Of a DNA stretch of 64,000 bases, positions 39,860 to 52,975 are shown in pieces. The stretch is from Octopus bimaculoides (lineage: Eukaryota): positions 8,609,709-8,673,708 of the forward strand of contig NC_068983.1 of NCBI RefSeq assembly GCF_001194135.2, written 5' to 3'. Under the pieces are notes generated by a model. The model was given only the letters and a program-made list of their open reading frames with translations, did not search any database and was not told where the DNA came from. A program made the position numbers and the translations under genes. The stretch's first letter is position 1; each line of letters begins with the position of its first letter.

Positions 39860-40240
39860 TAAACAATTCTGGGAGACGGGCTGAGATCATTTACTTCGAC
39901 TCCAATGCTCAACTGCTACTTATTTTTATAGGGTCGGAAAGGATGACAGGTAAATTCGACCCCGCGGAATTTCAAAGCAAAACGTAAAGTCAGAAGAAAT
40001 CGCACCAAACAATTTTTTAGGAGAGGTAACAATTCTGCCAGCTCGCTGCCTAAATGCGTCGTATAATAATGATTTCAAATTTCGGTCCAAGGCCAGAAAT
40101 TGTGATGTAAGGTCCAAAACAATATCGGCTTCAGTGCTTAGCTGAGACTTATTTTACTCTTCCCGGAATGATAGATGGCAAAGTCGTTCTCGACGTAAGT
40201 TGAACTCAGACAATAAAGACAGGTGATATGCTGCAACCTA
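39860..40240 (-). mobile_element. Two tandem degenerate SINE-D copies
   Basis: GAAAGGATGACAGGTAAATTCGAC..GGAATTT..AACAATTCTGCCAGCTCGCTGCC is followed by a second copy with GGCAAAGTCG..TTGAACTCAGA. Further decayed D copies lie at ~39180-39320, 43690-43880, 48987-49140, 61325-61540 and 61590-61770. Confidence 0.75.
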
Positions 40241-40849
40241 AAGCATTGTATAATATTGAAGAATGTACATTTCAGTTTTCAGATTGGTGATTTATCCTGT
40301 AGATTAGATCTAGGTGATCCTTTATTGAGCAAACCTATGATCATTTGCATTCCGAACGTGACTGTCACATTTTAATGTTTTTATAATTACGTGTACATTG
40401 CACAAAGAGCCTTTTCTCAGGTATGATTGAGCAGAAATATGATCAAGGATATTTCGGTTATGACCATCACCCCTTTTTTTTTGTTACATTTTGGATTGTA
40501 TTATCTATTATGGCCCCGACAGAAAACGTATTAGTGTACGTTGAGTGGGGTTTGTTTACTATTTCTGTATATAAGTCGTGTTTCCTCAATTTATTTTGAT
40601 GACAAACAGAATTACCCAGTACCCATGATAAAACCTTTATAAAGCTATTCAAAGATATGTGCAGTTAAATATAAATGCATTTATTATACATTCTTGACTG
40701 TAAAGGAAAATGTAAAAAACAAAAAATTAAATTTAAAAAATGAAAGAACTACCAGCGTCGCGAAAGTTATCATGTTCCCATCAATTCTAACAAGTGTGAT
40801 TTACACATCATAGATCACAATATAATTACTGAGTTTATTATTAATTATT

Positions 40850-42760
40850 TTGCATTTGCTCCTCAATGTTTGGTCTAGTGTTTGTGAATGCCAATACTAC
40901 GATATGAACGGGTCTCATGTTTATGCTGTATATAATGTTTGTATAATCAGCTTATTAGGACGTGCAGCTTCGCAGGAATTGCTGGAAACGGAATCATTCA
41001 TTCTTGTAATTGCCTCCCGAGTTGATAGTAAGCAGTTACTAGTTCAACCAGAGTTTCTTCAAGAAAAACAGAACCGGAAAAGGATATTTCTGGCTTTTGT
41101 AGTTCCGTTTAATCTTTATTCAGGTTTTCATAATTGCCCGTGTCATTAAAAAGGATTCCGCACGAATACGTCAACATTTTCCTTTAGCATGTCATTCCCC
41201 AACGTATTCTGAAGCAGCCGAAAATGATTACCAATTTCTTCTCTAAGCAAAGGATACATTTCCAATTATTCTCTGATTCTTTCAAGAAGCAAAAGAAATG
41301 ACGATATATTTCCTTTTTCCATTTAGAGGTTTTCAAACCGACTTTTGTATATTTATTGGGCTTTCCAAAGCACTATATTGGGGTTGCTTTCATAAACTAC
41401 ATTGCAAAGTCCATTTCATTCAAATGTCTGAACATATCAGATAAGCAATTTACAAAATAAATTTCGAATTCTAAGATCTAGGGCGCACACTAATTCCATG
41501 CTCTCGAAGGAAAATGCCACTTTCTTCAGAGATTACACCAGCTTCATGAAACTCCAATGCGTGATCGGTTTCTTGAATGTAAGTACAAGACAGTGTGAAG
41601 AACGAAGACTTGATATCCACTGCTCGTTGAAATACATGAACATGCTATGATTGAGAGCTTTGTCTCGAATGAACAGAAGTTGTAAATTGAATAATTATAA
41701 GTGCTTCAACTTTAGCTGGAAAAGACTCCGCAGTAATTGTATATTGGTAGTTAACTGTCTATAATATTTTTCGTGCCGTGTTCTTTCATTTTTTAAATTT
41801 AAATTTTTGTTTTTTCATTTTCTTTACAGTCAAGAGTGTATAACAAATGCATAAAGAGAGATTAATTCTGAAGTGAGACACTATCACTCCCTCACAGATT
41901 AGTAACACTGGAATTGAACCTAGTCATTACTTCCGCACCATCAGTACACGGAGATCACTGCATGATCGCTCCCAGTCTATTTTATCGAATCAAGTGGATA
42001 AAAGTCATAAAAGTCGAAGTTAATCTTGGTAGAATTTGAATGCAAAACAGTCATAAATAGCGATAAAAGAAACCACCCAGGAGATAAGATAGGAAGCATA
42101 AACATATTTAGCAATGGCTACTAGCGGTTTATGGAACTAAAACTGAGCCTTCGGTGTATGATCATACATGTTTGGGCAACATATGACCAATTGGGACATG
42201 CGTGGAATGTCTATCGAGTCATTCGGGAAGCATTTAATTTAGATATTCAACCAAGCAAGGATATCACCACATATTTCGACATCACAACTTTCAGGAAAAT
42301 TATTGAAGAGATGAATCTCTTGGAGTTTCATGTTTACTTCTTCTCGAAGGCGAAGCTCTATACTTTAAAGTGTACATGGACTGACAATCTTTTCAGTTGC
42401 ACAATGAAGGATATCTCATTGGTAAATTTGCCTCTTACATCAAACACACCTTGCAGAAATTATTTTGTTGATAGCTGTAATAAAACGCGTGGGAGTGTTC
42501 CTTTCTGCGTTTATCAGGACCCTATTATTTGAGGTCCCCTTGGAGCGTTTGCTTTTAGACTTCTTCAAGAACCTTCCAGATATTAAATTTAAATTTCGCA
42601 TTGTGATTTTGCAAAACATACACTGTGCGTTAACCAGGGATATCAAGGTTGTATCTAACAGACTGAAGCCATACTTGTAATTCTTGTCCAATTTTCTAAC
42701 CTTGTTGACTTTCAGTGAGCCTTCGGTTTCATTCTGAGTTATAGGGTCCTGGATCACACT
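40850..42760 (-). mobile_element. hAT (Buster/Charlie-type) transposase fossil, nearly full length, with many stops and frameshifts
   Basis: In order on the minus strand: KVRKLDKNYKYGFS..AQCMFC (BED finger), ILHCATEKIVSPC, KLQEIHLFNN, NDSIDIPRMSQL..QF*FHKPL, FIRDKALNHSMF, VLHT, CLSDMFRHLNEM, FVRNPF, MIPFP/SCEA and LAFTNTRPNIEEQM. This is colinear with ZBED5/Buster-type transposases. Confidence 0.85.
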
Positions 42761-43455
42761 TATACTCAAACCAACAATAACTCCTTGTGCAAAACTTATA
42801 TACACTATAGATGAAACTATATGAATATTCTCAATACAAAGATAAGCACGGATACATATTTTGCTGTAAGAAAAATCGCTAAGATATAACAGGTGGAAGA
42901 GTTGGTAGAACGAATCCAGGTTCCAAAAATGCGAATTGTATTTGGGTAGCATACTAAAAATACATATGGAGCTAATAGATCAGTAATGAAATGGAGGGTA
43001 AAGATGCAAAAACATGTGGTTTCACGGCAATATGCCGTTTGTTTTATTTAACTAATCTTTCAATTTAATACATGTTCCGTAAACTATCAAAAACATTTTC
43101 CTTGAGATCGTTTTCTGTTCCAACTGAAATGCCTTTAACTAATCCAGATTTGGAAATCCTGCCATTAAAAAGCTCTGTTATTTGTTCATGACATTACCAT
43201 GTCATTGTTTCTGGTACACATCGTATGGAAATTTACATCTTTTCAAAAATATTTCTTAATTCGTGTGTGGAGTTGTCTACTCTTACACGTATTTCTGTCC
43301 TGGGACAATGATATACTAATACAAATCGTATTTATTTCGTATGGTAAACCATTGGGGATCAAATTTCAATTTTTTTGTCCATTGAATTAGATTTGACATT
43401 TATTTCTAGGTAATTTGGATGCACTGGGCAAGCATTTCTACTCAGTTTCGCAGTG

Positions 43456-43557
43456 TCAGGTTCTGGTTTGTTATACGAGATGGGGGATGAGTCTTACGAT
43501 GCAAATGATTGGCGCTTGTTTTTAGACAATTCCAAAAGAAATCTTAAGTGTATGTTG
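43456..43557 (+). mobile_element. Second Chapaev3-like transposase fragment
   Basis: GLLYEMGDESYDANDWRLFLDNSKRNLKCML matches the WRLFIDSSK.SLK motif also present at ~7415-7440. Confidence 0.75.
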
Positions 43558-45967
43558 TAATTTCTATCGAACTAACATCATTTTAGTAAACTACCATTCC
43601 TTAAGACATTTGTGCACTTCCTCTCTAAATCAATTTTATATTTAACCAAAATAATGCAATAAATGCTGAAAGAAAACCTCAAATATACCTCCAGTGAATA
43701 CAGGCAATTAAACCGCAACTAATAATTGTATAGTGATTTTTATTTTCGATCCTTTGACGATGAAATGCAAAGTTAACCGCGCATGAATTCTGAACTTGTA
43801 ATGTAAAGTTACGTAACTGATTACAACATTAAAACAATGAATTTTGTCCTTCGCTCTTACGATTCTGCTGATCCATGGTTTTATACTGGAACAGAAGTAA
43901 ACAAATCTATAACGTTTAGAATTTTGGGACCACAGGGGATAGGATCTTTACACAACGTATTGTTCATTTATTCTTCATTTTGAGCATGACATTTCTCTTC
44001 CATGCCACTATTTCTAAACGAAATAACGAAGAGCGTAAATTAAGATATTTTCCTGATAATTTTCAGTCATTTGAAAAATTTTTAACGAAATCGATTTATT
44101 TGCTTTTCAATAGAAAATAATGAAGAAAATATTAAAAAGCAATTAAGGTCTCCTTAGAGACAAGCTGTCGGCGTCATCTGTTAAAATGTTCCAGTGAATC
44201 ATCACCGGTTTTGTCAGATGTAAACACAAGATATTCCAGGAAGACTTTTGTTGGTATAAAAGATAGCAAACAAAGACTAACACAACTAAATATATAAAGA
44301 AATTCTAATCAAAGAAAAATATTTCCCGTTATTCAAACATATTATTTTTCGATATCATTTTATAAACGTGTTGTGATGAGGTGATATTTTTCTCTTTCGT
44401 TTATTTATTCTTCCTTATTAATGGGAATAATGTATGAGTTAATATCTATTGTGTCGTATTTGTCATGTCTAATAGTATATGTACATCATAGTAGAACTTA
44501 ACTTACATGCAACCCTGTGAACTCAGTAGCTCGGAGAAACAAACACGTTATGTGCCAAACGGTATTAACTAAAAATCAATAAATAATTTAAACTGAATTT
44601 AATATTGATATAGCGGTAGAACGTGTTAATATATCAAAGACATGAATAAAAGCATTGTAAGGCATACAGCAAACACTTACGCTCTGTATTTGTGTCATTT
44701 ACAAATGAGGTAGGGGAGATCAATTGTCAATACTGTGCAATACAAAGCCTACAGAACGGGAAGTTTGAATATATAATTTAAGCTACCGAATGAAACATAA
44801 AATACATTATTCCAGCATCACATATTATATCACATGTTTAAAGAAGAGCTTGTGAACTAATGCGTTATTGGATATTGGTAAACTCACATTTAATATTGAC
44901 AAATGTTTAATATGAAAATGATTACTATTGATAATGTATTAAATATTACCAGAATAAAGCAAGCGGATTCAAGGAGAAAATTACCTACACATTTCACTTC
45001 CCATACTCACAAATGGAAAACAGGCGCCGCAGTATTACAAAAGTTCTTTTCAGTCTATCTAAAATCTAATATATTATTTCGGAACACTTAAAGATAAACA
45101 TTTCATTGCTGATCAAAGATTCAGAAAATATTTTGATAGACATATCATGGAAATTTACAACGATTTTCCACCGAACATTAAAACATAATACTACACACAC
45201 ACACACACACACACACACCACAAAATGGAAACCAGATACTCACCCAGGGAGTCTAATACACGCAAACAAGACTAATCCAGCAAAATGGAATCAATCATTT
45301 TATGTGATTAAGATTACCTGTATAGAAGCCAAACTAGCAGAAACACATGACCATAGGTGAAGCCTGGCAGATTAAAAGTTAAATATTTTTTACAATCATA
45401 TAAATACAGTGTACATTTAAACACATAAGCGGTATCTATCATAAATATATATAATAAAAATATATAGTCTATGGACTAAATCTTTACACGCTAGGCCACT
45501 GGTGGTAGAAATTTCTAATATTTCTATTACGCTTCGATATTATTAATTATGTTTATAATCATATAATTCTATATGTAATTTCATGTAAACATAAATAGTA
45601 CAACAAAAAAATATGAATAAATAACGGTACAAATTTTTTTCTGATTTCAGTTGAAAAGTTTAAAAGAAAAATCTTCAGAGAAAATTATTCTACGCAAAAT
45701 CTCGGAAACACCAAGATCGTACGACAGCGGAAATAGAAGGGAAATTTACACAGCACGGATAGGATGTTTTCAGTAACCTCATCAACATATATGCAAGATC
45801 TATTTTGAATACCCGATAAGATAAACTTGAAAAGCAACAGATAAAGCACCACCATTTCAATAGAACCGCATATACGCAGGTACATATAATATTACTTCAA
45901 TGACTTCTTCCTCTGCCGAGTTTTTCATTTTTCAGTTATTTTTCTTTACATATGCACCTCCTGCAGT

Positions 45968-46360
45968 GGAGGCGCAATGGCCTAGTGGTTAGGGCAGCGG
46001 ACTCACGGTCATAGGATCGCGGTTTCGTTTCCGAGACCGTGCGTTGTGAGTGTTTATTGAGCGAAAACACCTAAAGCTCCACGAGGCTCCGGAAGGGGAT
46101 GGTGGCGAACCCTGCTGTACTCTTTCACAACAGCTTTCTCTCACTCTTACTTCCTGTTTCTGTTGTACCTGTAATTCAAAGGGTCAGCCTTGTCACACTG
46201 TGTCACGCTGAATATCCCCGAGAACTACGTTAAGGGTACACGTGTCTGTGGAGTGCTCAGCCACTTGCATGTTAATTTCACGAGCAGGCTGTTCCGTTGA
46301 TCGGATCAACTGGAACCCTCGACGTCGTAAGCGACGGAGTGACAACAACAACAACAATAA
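45968..46360 (+). mobile_element. SINE-B, full length, with a (CAA)n tail
   Basis: A-box TGGCCTAGTGG, B-box-like GGTTTCGTTTCC, its own central body, a 3' module shared with SINE-C, and tail ACAACAACAACAAC. Confidence 0.92.
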
Positions 46361-47636
46361 ATGCACCCTACAAACGTCTTGCCTAATCTCCCCAATATTC
46401 GCTTTTCCAGGGAGGTTAATTTTTTTGGAACACTTTTGCTATAGTAGCATTTCCATACAAATAATTAAAATTAACGTTTCATTTTCCAACTTGTTTAATA
46501 ATACAATAATTGCGAAGAATGTCTCAAATCCTGAGGATAAATCTTTCATCAAGAGAACAGTGGAAGCTTGAAAAAGATCTCTTCAAAAGAATTAAGCTAA
46601 TATACTTTATGAAGATAAACAAGGTTTCAAGAACTAGGCCACGCATACAATAATGGAATTCATATTGCTTTATAATATAAGTACAAAATGATGCGAGCAT
46701 GCATACTCAGGCACGCACACATATTTCTGTTAAAACATTCCCCTGTAATAATTAGTGAAGTTTTGTTGTTAGAAGGCACAGCAAGACTCTGCTATAGTCG
46801 ACCTTTGTAACATTCAAATTTGTAACAACGCTAGACTGCACATGTTGCTGTAGTCTGTGTATTCTTTATCAAGAAAATTTCATTTAACCACTACTGATTC
46901 TCTACTGGTTCGCTTGAAGCCATTAGAGCTTAAAAAGTGTCAATAATTTTCAACCCAACAAGTGCACCAACGTCTCATTACTTTACGTGAGAAATGAATT
47001 AATGTTTACAAGCCACAAACAGGATAAATTGCAAGCCATTCGTTGCTATAGATTTTATTATGGTTCTTTGAAAGTTCCTTATAGTTTATTACGACAATTT
47101 ATACCGATACTCAATGTTCTTCACGTTAACACAGGTATTGGCTAACTCTTTCAAGAAGCGACCTGCAGGAGATTCGGCCCACCATCAGACAGGCCGCGCT
47201 ATTACGAAAACTGTGCGCCATTGAAAAATTCCTACGGACCGTGGATTTTCCATGACCGCTTTAACTGCAAAGAAGACTACTCGCTCTACAGCGCTGAGAT
47301 TACCTCCAATCTAGAGAGTGTCATCAGTCTCTTATTTCATCACTAGTCGGAAGTACGTCGACTCTGTATAATTTAGCTATCAGTTGCAAGCACTGTGCAG
47401 CCGACAGTAATCGAGCCATCGTCGTGGCCAAACACAGGACATAAGAATGAAACTTGACACTGTGAAATAACAACAAATATTATATAGCAGATAGGGTAAA
47501 GAAAAAAAGCTACAAACAAACAACTGAGCAATATGTAGCGTGTCTTCTCACTCCTTTGACGTAATAAGTAAGGCAAACTTGAATTCAAAAATAATACAAA
47601 TATGTTTGAACTCTACAAAATATATTTATATACCTA

Positions 47637-47707
<71 letters not shown>

Positions 47708-47805
47708 TTATCTAAGCTTCTAGAACTATGTATCATGTAAGCACACGCACACATGAACATACATATACACACATGCATAATCACGTTAGTATATGCACGT
47801 AGATT

Positions 47806-47845
<40 letters not shown>

Positions 47846-47906
47846 TGTGTGTGTGTGTACATATATACATACACGCACAGACACACATAAAAAAGGAAAG
47901 AAAGGA

Positions 47907-48223
47907 GCACTCCGTCGGTTACGACGACGAGGGTCCCAGCTGATGCGATCAACGGAACAGCTTTCTCGTGAAATTAACGTGCAAGTGGCTGAGCATTCCA
48001 CAGACACGTGTACCCCTAACGTAGTTCTCGGGGAGATTCAGCGTGACACAGAGCGTGATAAGTCCGGCCCTTGGAAATACAGGTACGACTCATTTTTGCC
48101 AGCTGAGTAAACTGGAGCAACGTGAAATAAAGTGTCTTGCTCAAGGACACAACGCGTCGCCGGGAATCTAACTCACGACCTGATGATCGTGAGCCGAATG
48201 CCCTAACCACTAAGCCACGCGCC
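47907..48223 (-). mobile_element. SINE-C, full length
   Basis: Reverse complement: GGCGCGTGGCTTAGTGGTTAGGGCATTCGGCTCACGATC (tRNA-like head), TTGTGTCCTTGAGCAAGACAC (conserved core-like motif) and a 3' module as in SINE-B. Confidence 0.93.
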
Positions 48224-49204
48224 TTCACACACATATATATATGTGTGTGTATCCAATGTGTGTATGTATATGTAAGTTTTTATGTTCTGCCTATGAATCG
48301 CACATTCAATGGATTTCTCTTGTTTCTAGAAAGATGGTATTTTATTTTCCTAATATTGAATGCATGACATCCCTTAACGTTTGCATCATCCCTCCACCTC
48401 AAATCGGAATACGTAGCCCTTGGCATCAAGCGTTTGTTTGAATTATCTCCACGCAAAGATAATTTCAGTAAACCACGAATTTATGTTATCAGTAGTTCAC
48501 TTTTCATTGTAAGCCACACAGAATTTCATCGAAAGCTAACTTATCGTTCTATAAGATATTCTTTCTTCTTTATCTGCACATTCTTTTCGTTCCATTGTTT
48601 GTATTAGTCTTTCTGTCTCTACCACGTACTAACTGCTCAGTCGCTGTCTAATCCTCTCTCCTTTTCGAATCCCTTTGGGAGTTTCGATTGCCCTACAGCT
48701 CATATGTACAGTGTTCTATCTTGAAAGTTCTCCCTTACTTCGCTCTTTGCTTGTCTTCCTTCAGAGGCCAGCGTCCAAACTAGTAAATATTCATTTACCT
48801 CACTCTACATTACTTACATGCTTTCCTTGGCTTCTCAATAATGTTCTGTTTAACTACGGCCGAAACACGTTTATTGCCTGTTTAATATATTTTATTACGA
48901 TGTTGAATTTGTTGTTTGTCTTAGCTGGAATGTAATTAGTCTGCGACAATTTTGTAAGATCAATAGATTTTAAGGTGTCGTTCGTAAGGCAGCGCGGTGG
49001 GCTTAACGACATTTTATCATTCTTCGTGTTTTGAGTTCAAATGCCGCTGAGGTCGACTTTGCAATTCATCCTTTTCGGGTCAATAAAATAAGAATCAGCT
49101 CGAATCAGCTGACCTTGTGCCAAAAGTTTGAAACCGATATGGGATATGAATGATGTTTCGCATAATTTCATAAAACGTTGCTCTCATGTCACGTGATACG
49201 CCTC

Positions 49205-49427
49205 CTTTACTCTTTTACTTGTTTCAGTCATTTGACTGCGGCCATGCTGGAGCACCGCCTTTAGTCGAGCAAATCGACCCCAGGACATATTGTTTGTAAG
49301 CCTAGTACTTATTCTATCGGTGCCTTTTGCGGAACCGCTAAGTTACGGGGACGTAAACACACGAACATCGGTTGTCAAAGGAGGGTGGGGGAACAAACAC
49401 AGACACACGAACACAGGAACACACACA

Positions 49428-49497
<70 letters not shown>

Positions 49498-49675
49498 TAT
49501 ACATATATATATATATATACATACGACGGGCTTCTTTCATTTTCCGTCTACCAAATCCACTCACAAGGCTTTGGTCTGCCCGAGGCTATAGTAGAAGACA
49601 CTTGCCCAAGGTGCCACGCAGTGAAACTGAACCCTGAACCATGTGGTTCGTAAGCAAGCTACTTACCACACAGTC
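49205..49675 (-). mobile_element. SINE-A, full length, with internal (CA)n(TA)n and a TSD
   Basis: Tail, body, microsatellite and head are all present. GTCACGTGATAC is repeated at 49188-49199 and 49673-49684. Confidence 0.95.
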
Positions 49676-50349
49676 ACGTGATACACCTAATAAAATTTCC
49701 TACAATTCGGTGATTCTCTATCGGTTCTAATTTTCTTGTCTTCTACATCAAATCCTAGTTGAAGTTCTCTACACATCTGCTGGCAAATTGAACCAAGTGA
49801 TACACTATAAACGTGTCGAAATCGTGATGATCCACATGAATGGAGGATTTAGTCATTTCATTTCTCTTTTCTTCAGTCTTTAATCTTTCTGTGGGCTATG
49901 AACACAAGTATTATGATGTACCAGAACTATCACTAAGAGAATGTAATGCATAATACTACACCAGTAGTACTTACAGATTTAAAACTTACAATCAGATGAT
50001 GAGATACAAGAAGATTATCATTCGTATAACAATATAATGCTGTCAAACTTGATATAACTAAACCAAGTACAGAAAAGAACTTATTGAGTTGTTAGGTCTT
50101 TTTGATGCGATAGTGTAGCAGTTACACCAATTCTGGTTCTAGTTGTCAACATAATAATCAGAAACAGAACGTCATGTTACAACTTGGAAATTTCGTGATG
50201 TCCTTCGACACAGCGTACATAAGACTTGAGTCAACAACAACCACGCCACTATGCCTAGCTTTTGGCAAACATAATTGAGTTTTCTGAAATTTGGTTGATA
50301 TATCAGAAGAGCTTTGCAAGTTCATTAACTGAGACAAAATGAGCGATGA

Positions 50350-50436
50350 TCTTCTTCTTCTTCTTCTTCTTCTTCTTCTTCTTCTTCATCTTCTTCTTCT
50401 TCTTCTTCTTCTTCTTCTTCTTCTTCTTCTTCTTCA
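50350..50436. repeat. (CTT)n array
   Basis: Read directly; it is the source of the poly-F and poly-K ORF artefacts. Confidence 0.98.
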
Positions 50437-50900
50437 GGATATTGGCTACTTCGATTGTTCCCAACGACGTTTTAATAGAATTACTTGACAGCAGCTCACA
50501 CACACACACACGTGCGTACATATATATGCATATATATACATACATATANNNNNNNNNNNNNNNNNNNNNNNNNNNNNNNNNNNNNNNNNNNNNNNNNNNN
50601 NNNNNNNNNNNNNNNNNNNNNNNNNNNNNNNNNNNNNNNNNNNNNNNNNNNNNNNNNNNNNNNNNNNNNNNNNNNNNNNNNNNNNNNNNNNNNNNNNNNN
50701 NNNNNNNNNNNNNNNNNNNNNNNNNNNNNNNNNNNNNNNNNNNNNNNNNNNNNNNNNNNNNNNNNNNNNNNNNNNNNNNNNNNNNNNNNNNNNNNNNNNN
50801 NNNNNNNNNNNNNNNNNNNNNNNNNNNNNNNNNNNNNNNNNNNNNNNNNNNNNNNNNNNNNNNNNNNNNNNNNNNNNNNNNNNNNNNNNNNNNNNNNNNN

Positions 50901-50931
<31 letters not shown>

Positions 50932-51455
50932 GGCCGACCCACGTATATGAACAGACACACACACATATATTATCCATGCACCACCACTTTCAATGATGAC
51001 CAACGTTGCGAAAATGATGTCAGAGCTTTACACCAATCACCATTAAAGTACTCAATTACTGAAGAGTGTCATGCTAAATAAATCCTGTCATTTTCTGAGT
51101 TGGGCTTTTGGCAAGCGAGATAAAACATTTTTCTTAAGAACATTTCAGCATTCCACAAACACCAACGTCATACACCTTGATATAATTTACTTAGTTCACT
51201 ACATGAAGGATATTCATGTTTGAATGCCTTGTCATTAACTAAATTGTATTGCTTGCGTTCTCCATCCTGCTGTTACTCTCTCCCACTCCTTGTCAGTCCC
51301 TCTCTCCTTCAGTCGTTCATTTTATACACACGCTCTGATTCAATGTTTTTTTTCTCTTCTTTATTCAAACTTCTTCATCTCATCACCCTATATCTTCTCT
51401 CTTAGCCTCTCTACATATTTGTCTCTATTTTCATCTCGTCTTCTATTTTGCACAT

Positions 51456-51499
<44 letters not shown>

Positions 51500-51669
51500 G
51501 TTTTTCTCGCTCTCACACTTCTCTCTCTTTCACTCAGTACTTCAGTTTTTAATGAACAATTCGTTTAGTGTTGATTGAGATTTCAAGACACGCTGCAATC
51601 ACGAGAACATCCATCACAAACCAACACTACTGCAGCAACAACAACAGTAACAACATCAGCAATGACAAT

Positions 51670-51719
<50 letters not shown>

Positions 51720-51833
51720 TATTTGCTAGCTCATAACAATGGCCTCTTGCAGTGAAACACTCAAGTACAAACACATTATGCAGAAGGAATGACTGAGAGG
51801 CTGACACCACCATCAACAACAACAACGATGAAA

Positions 51834-51890
<57 letters not shown>

Positions 51891-51910
51891 TTGATGATTA
51901 TAATAATAAT

Positions 51911-51943
<33 letters not shown>

Positions 51944-52172
51944 CAACAGCCTATACTTTATTAGTCATATATACATATCTTCCTTCGTAAATTGTTCATT
52001 TATATTGTTTACATAACATTCTCTCACATATTTCACCGGCAGAGCAAGAGAAGAGAGTCACAAGCTGGATGAATCCTATGGGAGACAAAATACACAATGG
52101 CGTTTATTATCTTTGTCTTCTACAGCAACACACACACCGCTGTGCGTATAGGTGTGGGCGTGCGTGTGCTCG

Positions 52173-52203
<31 letters not shown>

Positions 52204-52240
52204 GTGTATATATATATATATATACATGTGTATATATATG

Positions 52241-52272
<32 letters not shown>

Positions 52273-52424
52273 CGTGTGTGTGTGTGTGTGTGTGTACGCG
52301 CACACACAGATATGACAGAAACAGATACCCCATACACCTCGTTTTATGTTTATTCTAACTTGTAATGGTTTATATTTTTCATTGACATTTTTACGTTTCA
52401 CTTTCTGTATGTGACTTTTAATCA

Positions 52425-52975
52425 ATGCATTCGAACAAAAGAAGCCTTATTGTGCATCATTCTGAAGGTGGCTGTACTCAGCCTAAAATAGCAGCTTGGA
52501 ATCCCGCTTTCTACAGTTAATATAGCAATTGAGCAATTCATCAGAAAGGGCAAAGAACCGACATCACCTCGCCCAGGATAATTCCCGTTGCAAGGCCTCT
52601 GACAGAGCGCAACAAGTTGGTGTTGGTCCCAGAACAGCTGTCAGGTATCTCCTCAAACTTGGCTACTATGGTAGAGTAGCAAGAAGCTAGCCAATTCTTC
52701 GACCAGCCAACATCAAGCGGAGAAAAGATCGGGCCAGTGCGATGGTGGAGAGACTACTAGCAGTTTCGGACAGTGTCATGTTTTCTGATGAGTCCGGATT
52801 TGCTGTATTTCAGTACAGTGGTCGAGTGTGGGTCTGGAGAATTTGTGATCAAGAATTTGACGTGAGAAGATTGCAGCCAACAAAGAAACACGTGAGCTAT
52901 TCTGTGATGGTCTGGGGAGTAGTTTGGAGCAAATATGCCAATCAGAGCTGGTGGAGTGTGAAGGAAACATAAACT
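52425..52975 (+). mobile_element. Tc1-like transposase fossil (HTH region through the first catalytic Asp)
   Basis: Frames give KRSLIVHH..KIA, LGIPLSTV..QFIRKG..PRPG, RYLLKLGYYGRVAR, and VMFSDESGF..GRVWVWR..LQPTKKHVSYSVMVWG. Confidence 0.9.

Noticed and set aside
42131-42532. 133-aa plus-strand ORF
   Set aside because: It is the antisense shadow of the hAT transposase fossil.
44680-44735. Well-formed minus-strand acceptor and GTAAGT donor pair
   Set aside because: Stops in all three frames; it serves as an internal control that splice-like signals arise by chance.
45971-46045. tRNA-like A/B boxes here and at 48150-48223 and 55637-55710
   Set aside because: They are SINE heads continuing into SINE bodies; no complete cloverleaf, so not tRNA genes.
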